DNA of 64,000 nucleotides from a bacterium (GTDB lineage Bacteria; UBA10199; 2-02-FULL-50-16; JAJFLM01): NCBI GenBank assembly GCA_965216315.1, contig CBDCFN010000015.1, positions 32,001 to 96,000 of the forward strand, read 5' to 3'. Shown piece by piece: positions 56,783 to 64,000 of this stretch (position 1 is its first letter; each line of letters starts with the position of its first letter). The notes under the pieces were generated by a model. It saw only the letters and a program-made list of their open reading frames with translations, ran no database searches and was not told where the DNA came from. The position numbers and the translations under genes were made by a program.

Positions 56783-57939
56783 TGAGCCGTCGGCTTACTG
56801 TTATTCTCCGCTGCGGCGGTGAGTATATCGACTTTATCCCCATCCTTGAGCCCGGGAGGCGGGCTCAACACAATGATTTCCCCCTCTTGAACGCCCTTTT
56901 TGACCGCAACTTCGGTCCCATTCGTTTGACCGAGACGCACCCGGGTCTTGCGGGCCACGCCGTTGTCGATACGAAAGACAACGGTCTTCTTATCGCGTAG
57001 AGCAACGGATTTTTTGGGGATAGAAATAATGCGGGTCTTCTTTTCCGTCACTAACGTGGCGGGAAGTTGCATACCCGTCTTGAGTAAACCATCCGGATTT
57101 TCAAGTTTGGCAAAGACATCAAAGGTTCCCGTGAGAGGGTCGACCGCAACTCCGACTTCCGTGATCTTGACCGTCTGCTCTTCCGGATTATTGGGATAAA
57201 CCACCTGCAACAGCTGGCCCCGATGGGTCGCGGGAATAAACTCTTCCGGCAACGAGACTTTCAGCTTAACCGGATCATCCTGGATAATTTCCATTAAAAA
57301 CTGTCCTTCGGCCACGGGCATCCCATCCGCTACATTTCGATTGACGACCACTCCTGCGATTGAACTCGTTATATCCGCGTTGCTCGCCACTTTTTCTAAA
57401 TAACCTATTTCCGCCTTGGCACGTTTGGCCCGCGCCTTTTCATATTCAAGCTTTTTCTCCAGCAGGTCATAGACCGTCGCTGAGATCTCTTCTTCGTCGA
57501 GCAATGTCTCTCGATTGTCGAAACGAAATTGATCATAATCAACCGCGGCATCGGCCTCATCCCCTTCCGCTTTGACGAAATTAAGTCGGGCCGTGGCGGC
57601 CTCGTTGTCAAAACGGATCAGCTGCGTTCCCGCCGAAATTTTTTGGCCCTCATGCACCATGACTTGCTCAATCGTGCCGTTGGCGGCGGCCTGCACCTTA
57701 ATACTATTCGAGGGGACAATCTCACCCTTGGCGCGATGGATGAGCGGCACCTCCTTGGCCGAAGCCATCACCGCGAGGACACCCGCCCGCTCACCACCCT
57801 TGAAGTCGGCGGCGTCTTCACCCACGGGTGACTTCGGCAGACAAGCCACATAAAAGAGGGCTGTGAGGGTCAGCAGGGCCATCCCCACGAAGCGGTTCCA
57901 ATTGTGCTTAAAACCCGACATAAGCTGAGATGATATCAT
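56779..57939 (-). CDS. Efflux RND periplasmic adaptor (membrane fusion protein)
   Basis: G.I..V.V.EGQ lipoyl halves, coiled hairpin, VDP.TGT, N.DG.LK.GM, IP...V. Confidence 0.9.
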   Translation of the reverse strand: MISSQLMSGFKHNWNRFVGMALLTLTALFYVACLPKSPVGEDAADFKGGERAGVLAVMASAKEVPLIHRAKGEIVPSNSIKVQAAANGTIEQVMVHEGQKISAGTQLIRFDNEAATARLNFVKAEGDEADAAVDYDQFRFDNRETLLDEEEISATVYDLLEKKLEYEKARAKRAKAEIGYLEKVASNADITSSIAGVVVNRNVADGMPVAEGQFLMEIIQDDPVKLKVSLPEEFIPATHRGQLLQVVYPNNPEEQTVKITEVGVAVDPLTGTFDVFAKLENPDGLLKTGMQLPATLVTEKKTRIISIPKKSVALRDKKTVVFRIDNGVARKTRVRLGQTNGTEVAVKKGVQEGEIIVLSPPPGLKDGDKVDILTAAAENNSKPTAQ

Positions 57940-57991
57940 AGGGAAATTATGCTAAAAAGGGAAGGAAATTAGTTACTTAGCTCTTCCGTCC

Positions 57992-58069
57992 TTGACACCC
58001 CTCTGCGCGCAGCTTAGGTAGTCAACTCCGCGTCCCGCTGCCGGTCCCCGGCAGCCCGGAGCGAATTGA
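57992..58069 (+). promoter_or_regulatory. glyS promoter and structured leader hairpin
   Basis: TTGACA at 57992; stem gctgccgg-tcc-ccggcagc (58037-58055) nested in ctccg/cggag. Confidence 0.5.
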
Positions 58070-58099
58070 GAGTCAAATAGAACATTTTACGGAGTATCA

Positions 58100-59395
58100 A
58101 TGAATTCAGAAGTCACCATGGACCTTCTCGTCTCCCTCTGTAAGCGACGGGGATTTATTTTTCAATCCAGCGAACCGTACGGCGGCATCGGCGGTTTTTG
58201 GGATTACGGCCCGGTGGGAGTCGAACTGCGAAGCCGCATTAAAGCAAACTGGTGGCGGACCATGGTCCAGTACCGTGATGATGTCGTTGGCTTAGACACC
58301 TCAATTATTGCCCACCCGCAGACTTGGGTCGCTTCAGGACACGTCGAAAGTTTTTCGGACCCCATGGTGGATTGCAAGGAATGCAAAAAACGTTTCCGCG
58401 CCGACCAAATCCCCGACACCAAGGTATGCCCGGAATGCAAGGGCGAACTGACCGAACCACGCGCCTTCAATCTTATGTTCAAGACCTTCGTAGGGCCAGT
58501 CGAAGACAATGCCTCCATCGCCTATCTTCGCCCGGAGACCTGCCAATCAATCTTTACTCAATTTCGAAATGTGGTGACTTCGTCCCGACAAAAAGTTCCC
58601 TTTGGCATCGCTCAAATCGGCAAAAGTTTTCGCAACGAAATTACCCCACGCAATTTTATCTTCAGAAGCCGTGAGTTTGAGCAGATGGAAATGGAATTTT
58701 TCTGTGAACCCGAAACCGCTGATGACTATTATGAATATTGGGTCAACGAGCGTTTTAATTGGTTTGTGCAAATGGGGGTCAAAAAGCAGAACCTCCGGCT
58801 CCGCCCCCACAACCCGGATGAGCTCGCCCACTACGCTAAAGGTTGCAGTGATGTTGAATATGAGTTCCCCTTCGGCTGGTCGGAGCTTGAAGGCATCGCC
58901 AATCGCGGCAATTATGACCTTACGCAACACTCAAAGGTATCCGGAAAAGACTTCTCCGTCATGAATGATAACAATGAAAAATATATTCCTCATGTCATCG
59001 AAAGCTCTGTCGGCATTGACAGAACTCTCCTCACGATCATGGCAGATGCTTATCACGAAGAAGAGGTGAAAGGTGAAAAACGCGTTGTGCTTAAACTGGC
59101 ACCGCATATCGCCCCTTATCAAGTCGCCGTATTTCCTCTCTCCAAGAAGCTATCAGAACCGGCGAAACGGCTCGACATAGAGCTCCGAAAAAACTTCCTG
59201 ACCGACTTTGATGGAATTGGCAGCATAGGTAAACGCTATCGCCGGCATGACGAGATAGGAACACCTTTTTGCGTCACATATGATTTTGACTCCGAAGAAG
59301 ACGGCAAGGTCACGGTTCGCAATCGCGATACGATGGAGCAGGATCGGGTCGCATGCGATCAGGTTACACCTTATTTAAGAGAGAAGCTTAAATAA
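58100..59395 (+). CDS. glyS: Glycine--tRNA ligase, alpha2 (homodimeric) type
   Basis: LCKRRGF, YLRPET.Q, FRNEITP, R.REFEQME, ELEGIA.R, SIGKRYRR.DEIG. Confidence 0.95.
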   Translation: MNSEVTMDLLVSLCKRRGFIFQSSEPYGGIGGFWDYGPVGVELRSRIKANWWRTMVQYRDDVVGLDTSIIAHPQTWVASGHVESFSDPMVDCKECKKRFRADQIPDTKVCPECKGELTEPRAFNLMFKTFVGPVEDNASIAYLRPETCQSIFTQFRNVVTSSRQKVPFGIAQIGKSFRNEITPRNFIFRSREFEQMEMEFFCEPETADDYYEYWVNERFNWFVQMGVKKQNLRLRPHNPDELAHYAKGCSDVEYEFPFGWSELEGIANRGNYDLTQHSKVSGKDFSVMNDNNEKYIPHVIESSVGIDRTLLTIMADAYHEEEVKGEKRVVLKLAPHIAPYQVAVFPLSKKLSEPAKRLDIELRKNFLTDFDGIGSIGKRYRRHDEIGTPFCVTYDFDSEEDGKVTVRNRDTMEQDRVACDQVTPYLREKLK

Positions 59396-62061
59396 TGACG
59401 CAACAGCATGTCTATACATTCGGTGACGGCAAAGCCGATGGCCAAGCGGAAATGCGTAATCTCCTCGGCGGCAAGGGGGCTAACTTAGCCGAAATGAGTC
59501 TCCTGCAAATTCCCGTCCCACCCGGATTTACGATCAGCACCGACGTCTGCACTCTCTTCTATCAAAACGATCAAAATTATCCGGAAGGCCTCAAAGCGGA
59601 GGTCAATGCCGCCCTGGAAAAAATTGAAGCGAGTCTGGGGAGCCGCTTTGGAGATACAAAAAACCCCTTACTCGTTTCCGTGCGCTCGGGCTCTCGAGTC
59701 AGCATGCCGGGTATGATGGATACCGTCCTCAACCTCGGGCTTAACGATGAAACGGTTCTGGGCCTGGCGGAACAAAGCCAGGACCCACGTTTTGCTTTTG
59801 ATAGCTACCGACGCTTTATCCAGATGTATGGCAACGTCGTCCTCGGCCTCTCGGGGACCTATTTTGAACATGCTCTCGAGGAAATAAAAAAGCGGCGCAG
59901 CATCAATCTCGACACGGAACTGAAAGTTGAAGATCTGAAAGCCCTCGTAAAGAAATATAAGGAAATCATCGGCACACATCATAAGACATCGTTTCCCCAA
60001 GACCCTCACGAACAATTATGGGGGGCTATCACTGCGGTCTTTGGTTCCTGGCATAATAAGCGAGCGGTCGATTATCGCCGCATTAACAGCATCCCTGATC
60101 ATTGGGGCACAGCCGTTAATGTCCAGGCGATGGTCTTCGGCAATATGGGCGACGATTGCGGAACAGGCGTTGCATTCACGCGTGACCCCGCAACCGGCGA
60201 GAAAATCTTTTTTGGTGAATATCTTGTCAATGCGCAAGGTGAAGACGTCGTCGCCGGAATCCGAACCCCTCAACCCATCTGCCGTAAAGAAGGGCAGGCG
60301 GATGGGGTGCAAACGATGCAAGATGTCTTTCCTCAGGCCTACGAGACACTGGTCGATATCTATCAAAAACTAGAGGCTCATTATCGTGACATGCAGGACA
60401 TCGAATTCACGATTCAAAAAGGCAAGGTCTGGATGCTGCAAACGCGGACCGGTAAACGTACCGCCCAGGCCGCCGTAAAAATCGCCGTCGACATGGTCAA
60501 TGAAAAGTTGATTGAAGAGAAAGAAGCCGTGTTGCGCGTTTCTCCCGACCAACTTGATCAACTCCTTCATCCGCGGCTCGCCAAGGATGCCAACCGACAA
60601 GTTCTGACACGTGGGCTACCCGCCTCTCCGGGTGCAGCCGTCGGCAAAGTGAGCTTCAGCTCGGACGAAGCCGAACAACTGGCCAAAGCGGGGCAAAAAA
60701 TTATTCTCGTCCGGCTTGAGACCTCTCCGGAAGATATCCACGGCATGCATGTGGCGCAGGGCGTCCTCACGGCGCGAGGGGGAATGACATCGCATGCAGC
60801 AGTCGTCGCGCGGGGCATGGGCAAGTGCTGTGTTTCCGGCGCCGGTGATGTTCAGATCGACTATGAGAATCAACGCTTCTTTGTCGGTGATGAAGTCATC
60901 GTTGCCGGTGACTGGATTACCCTCGATGGATCAACCGGAGAAGTCATTAAGGGTCAGGTGGAAACGATACAGCCGGAACTCTCGGGCGACTTTGGCATCT
61001 TCATGGAATGGACAGATCGCTTTCGCCGCCTTAAAGTCCGTACCAACGCCGACACGCCTGAAGATTGCAAAACCGCCCGTTCGTTTGGTGCCGAGGGCAT
61101 CGGCCTCTGTCGAACTGAGCACATGTTTTTCGAACCGGATCGCATCGAAGCCGTGCGGCGCATGATTGTCGCCGATGATATTGATGCCCGCGAAAAAGCG
61201 TTGGCCGAGTTACTCCCTTTTCAAAAAAGCGACTTCAAGGCCATCTTTCGGGTCATGGCCGGCTTACCAGTCAATATTCGTCTCCTCGATCCGCCGCTGC
61301 ATGAATTTTTGCCGCATGAAAGCAAGGAAATCGAAGAGCTTGCCGCCAGCCTGAAAATCTCGCTCGATCACATGAAATCTTCTCTCGATGCCTTGTACGA
61401 AGCCAATCCCATGCTCGGTCATCGTGGCTGTCGTCTGGCGATCTCTCACCCGGAGATTTGTCGTATGCAGGTACGGGCCATCATGGAGGCCGCCTGCGAA
61501 CTCGTTAAGGAAGAATCTATCGAAGTCATCCCGGAAATTATGATTCCTCTCGTCGGCATTGATGAAGAACTCGCGCGCTTGCGCGAAGAAGCCAATAATG
61601 TCTGTCAAAAAGTCCTCATTGAGCAGGAGATTGAGATTGATTATCAAATTGGCACAATGATTGAGCTGCCGCGGGCCGCGCTCACGGCCGATGCCATCGC
61701 CAACCATGCGGACTTCTTTTCATTCGGCACCAATGACCTGACTCAAATGACCTTTGGAATCTCACGAGACGACGCCGGTAAATTTCTCCCCTACTATGTC
61801 GATACAGGTGTCATCCCCGCCGATCCCTTTTCTGTCCTTGATAAAAAGGGCGTAGGCCAGTTGATCAAAATGGGCTTTGAAAAAGGGCGCTCGACGAACA
61901 GTCAACTCAAAGTCGGAGTCTGCGGAGAGCATGGGGGCGAACAGGAATCCATCGCCTTCTTTCATGAACTTGGGTTGGACTACGTCAGTTGTTCCCCCTA
62001 TCGTGTCCCCGCAGCTCGCCTGGCTGCAGCCCATGCGAATCTGAAAGGTGAATCGCAATGA
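59395..62061 (+). CDS. ppdK: Pyruvate, phosphate dikinase
   Basis: LGGKGANLAEM, VSVRSG, GGMTSHAAVVARG, GLCRTEHMF, SFGTNDLTQ, CGEHGG. Confidence 0.98.
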   Translation: MTQQHVYTFGDGKADGQAEMRNLLGGKGANLAEMSLLQIPVPPGFTISTDVCTLFYQNDQNYPEGLKAEVNAALEKIEASLGSRFGDTKNPLLVSVRSGSRVSMPGMMDTVLNLGLNDETVLGLAEQSQDPRFAFDSYRRFIQMYGNVVLGLSGTYFEHALEEIKKRRSINLDTELKVEDLKALVKKYKEIIGTHHKTSFPQDPHEQLWGAITAVFGSWHNKRAVDYRRINSIPDHWGTAVNVQAMVFGNMGDDCGTGVAFTRDPATGEKIFFGEYLVNAQGEDVVAGIRTPQPICRKEGQADGVQTMQDVFPQAYETLVDIYQKLEAHYRDMQDIEFTIQKGKVWMLQTRTGKRTAQAAVKIAVDMVNEKLIEEKEAVLRVSPDQLDQLLHPRLAKDANRQVLTRGLPASPGAAVGKVSFSSDEAEQLAKAGQKIILVRLETSPEDIHGMHVAQGVLTARGGMTSHAAVVARGMGKCCVSGAGDVQIDYENQRFFVGDEVIVAGDWITLDGSTGEVIKGQVETIQPELSGDFGIFMEWTDRFRRLKVRTNADTPEDCKTARSFGAEGIGLCRTEHMFFEPDRIEAVRRMIVADDIDAREKALAELLPFQKSDFKAIFRVMAGLPVNIRLLDPPLHEFLPHESKEIEELAASLKISLDHMKSSLDALYEANPMLGHRGCRLAISHPEICRMQVRAIMEAACELVKEESIEVIPEIMIPLVGIDEELARLREEANNVCQKVLIEQEIEIDYQIGTMIELPRAALTADAIANHADFFSFGTNDLTQMTFGISRDDAGKFLPYYVDTGVIPADPFSVLDKKGVGQLIKMGFEKGRSTNSQLKVGVCGEHGGEQESIAFFHELGLDYVSCSPYRVPAARLAAAHANLKGESQ

Positions 62062-63230
62062 AATATATTAAACGATGCCTCTCCCTACTGGCGTGCCTAA
62101 GCGTCTTGTCTTGTGCCGGTGACCCCTTGTTTGTCTCGATCGGCGACAACCTTTCGGGGCCGATTGCCATCGTGCTCGATACAGCGCGTTCCCGCGCTTA
62201 CGTCGTCAATTCCAATCTTAACGTCGCTTTTGAGGATACGAGCCTCATCACCTTAGACATTGCTGACCCGACCGCACCGACTATATTAGACATCAACAAC
62301 AATCCCTTTGAAGTTCCGGCATTATCGGGCCAGGCCTTCCTTGATGCCACGACCCAGCGCTTGTTCGTTACGAATCGCTTTTCCTCCAATAATAAAGACC
62401 TCATTGACAACCTCCTCGTTATCGATATGACGGAAGATGGTGATTTTGGCACGCTTCAAACCATTGAGGCCGGTGAAAACCCATTTGGCATTGCCTGTTG
62501 TGACAATCAAAATCGTTTCTATGTTGTTTCCGACGGTAACCTTGAGGTCTTCGACCTCGATGATCCAACGAGCAAAACCACGATCAGCCTCGAAATCACG
62601 GTCAGCAATGGCGACTCTTTTAGCGGCGACTCGACAACGCACATTGCCCTGCTTAACAATCAAGCTTTTTTAACAAATCGGGCCGGCATCATCTACGTCA
62701 TTAACACCGATAAAATCGATGGCAGTGGGCAGAACCCTATCGATTATCTTATTGCCAACATGAACGACTTGCGCGGCATTGTAAGCGATGGGACGAATCT
62801 CTACACGGTTGAAGTCGATTTCGAAGACGATGAAGTCACGCGCTTACGTTCCATCGATCTGACATCCGTTCCGCCGCTTGCCGATATCAGTGAAACGATT
62901 CTCCGCATCGACGTCGAAAACGATGGCGTTGAACGACAGACTTTAAGCGTCGGCCTCGAACCCCAAGAAATTTTACTCTTTAACAATCGCGCCTACGTGA
63001 CTAATGGTGACAGTGACAGCGTCACGGTCGTCGACATCACCGACCCGGCGAGCATGGCCACCATAACAACCATTGATCTGACGAGTGGCGGCTTTACAGC
63101 TAAGAATCCTTTTGGCATGGCAGCCGCCAACATCGGGGGCACGGACTATCTATTTGTCACCAATTTGGATTCCAACAACATCTCGATCATCGACGTCGCC
63201 AGCAACACGGTCGTCGCAAATTACCCTTAA
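62058..63230 (+). CDS. YncE-like beta-propeller lipoprotein
   Basis: VLSC lipobox; repeated AYV.N / LFVTN blades; SNNISIID. Confidence 0.8.
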   Translation: MKYIKRCLSLLACLSVLSCAGDPLFVSIGDNLSGPIAIVLDTARSRAYVVNSNLNVAFEDTSLITLDIADPTAPTILDINNNPFEVPALSGQAFLDATTQRLFVTNRFSSNNKDLIDNLLVIDMTEDGDFGTLQTIEAGENPFGIACCDNQNRFYVVSDGNLEVFDLDDPTSKTTISLEITVSNGDSFSGDSTTHIALLNNQAFLTNRAGIIYVINTDKIDGSGQNPIDYLIANMNDLRGIVSDGTNLYTVEVDFEDDEVTRLRSIDLTSVPPLADISETILRIDVENDGVERQTLSVGLEPQEILLFNNRAYVTNGDSDSVTVVDITDPASMATITTIDLTSGGFTAKNPFGMAAANIGGTDYLFVTNLDSNNISIIDVASNTVVANYP

Positions 63231-63256
63231 AGTAAGAAATTTGGCCAAAGCACAGT

Positions 63257-63334
63257 TTGTCCACAGCTGTGGGTACCGGTTTCTCATAATGAGAATCGAG
63301 GGCTATCCCCAGCCTATCCACAGGCTTATCCCCT
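63257..63334. promoter_or_regulatory. Cluster of degenerate DnaA boxes
   Basis: TTGTCCACA, TGTGGGTAC (reverse), CTATCCCCA, CTATCCACA, TTATCCCCT. Confidence 0.55.
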
Positions 63335-63365
63335 GATTTTCTCGCTCATGTCGCCGCGCTTTCAG

Positions 63366-63998
63366 TTAAGCACTTATTCTTTCCATCTCGGCATCATATT
63401 GAGGTGCAAGACGTGACCAATCGTACTGCAACATCGCCTGACTGAGTTGTTCGGTCTTATTCTGTCCCACGCTGTTCAACGCCCGCTCTAATCGATCAAT
63501 CAATTCCGTTTGTGAGGTATAAAAAACATTGTCATGAAACTCGGCCGGAATCAGTTCCGGATAGGCGAGTCGTTTGGGCAAGAGCGGCTGGCAACCGCAA
63601 TAAATCGCCTCGGCGACGCTCTCACCAAAAAATTCCTGGTTGGAAGTAACCGGCAATAGGTCCGCACGCCGGAGCCACTGCACATAGTCGGCCTTCGACG
63701 GGACATAGCCCCATTGTTCAATGTGATCACGAAACTCCTCTTGTGCACTGATGAAAACATCCGGAACGACGTCCGGTTGCTCCCCTAGAATCGCCAGGCC
63801 AAAATCATGTCCCCGTTGCTTCAGCGTGCGCAAGGCCACAAAAAAGGCGGCTGGATTTTTGTCATATTCCCAGCGGTGGTTCCAGAGGATGAGCGGCCGC
63901 TGATTCGTGCCCGGATCGCCTCCATCCAATGACTGTAAGTCGACACCCAAGCGCAAAATCGACGACTTGTTCCGTAACAATGCGACCGATTCACGGTC
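63366..63998 (-). CDS. DUF3524/GTDC1-like GT-B glycosyltransferase (5' truncated by window edge)
   Basis: LWNHRWEYDKNP, QEFFG.S..EA..CGC.P..P.RL.YPE; frame is open to the window end. Confidence 0.85.
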   Translation of the reverse strand, partial: DRESVALLRNKSSILRLGVDLQSLDGGDPGTNQRPLILWNHRWEYDKNPAAFFVALRTLKQRGHDFGLAILGEQPDVVPDVFISAQEEFRDHIEQWGYVPSKADYVQWLRRADLLPVTSNQEFFGESVAEAIYCGCQPLLPKRLAYPELIPAEFHDNVFYTSQTELIDRLERALNSVGQNKTEQLSQAMLQYDWSRLAPQYDAEMERISA

Positions 63999-64000
63999 GT

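Noticed and set aside
1..64000. CRISPR array, prophage, integrase, transposase, rRNA
   Set aside because: No regularly spaced repeats or recognisable mobility, phage or rRNA sequences found.

Overview
A 64-kb bacterial chromosomal window. Gene content suggests a deltaproteobacterial lineage (Myxococcota/Bdellovibrionota-like); this is an inference from dnaX-ybaB-recR-mglA, argH-lysA-dapF-dapA-dapB-dapL-folK-fsa, a TatD-radical SAM fusion and a TIGR02147 protein. Bases 1-9.1 kb hold a peptide-ligase/membrane-stress cluster: a GshB-like ATP-grasp ligase, DAACS symporter, retropepsin-like protease, inactive transglutaminase-7TM protein, alpha-L-glutamate ligase-like protein, two MscS-type channels, and MgtE with a CBS partner. 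Housekeeping genes include xth, tadA, grxD, bolA, bcp, panE, hsp20, yccA, rho, alpha2-type glyS and ppdK, plus two tRNA-Ser genes. The main discovery is a strictly spaced bipartite motif, RCAAC-N16-CGA(T/A/G)(A/G)N, with sigma-28-like geometry but a non-canonical -35. It sits just upstream of 10 scattered orphan genes, and in 7 of them the ATG follows 6-8 nt after the motif (apparently leaderless). Most of these proteins begin with a roughly 24-38 aa charge-free S/T/A/L/Q/P-rich segment that lacks a Sec n-region. The cargo domains are a hybrid kinase, a receiver domain, FHA, tandem RNAP alpha-CTD-like domains, patatin, SAM methyltransferases and a degenerate P-loop protein. Together these suggest an undescribed alternative-sigma regulon of putative exported effectors. 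Other notable items: a catalytically degenerate MglA without mglB, an ABC exporter fused to a degenerate GGDEF domain behind a cationic small ORF, a possible tRNA-Gly anticodon mimic in the glyS leader, a switch-like structured yccA leader, a DnaA-box cluster, and widespread leaderless sigma-70 genes. No CRISPR array, rRNA, integrase or transposase was seen.
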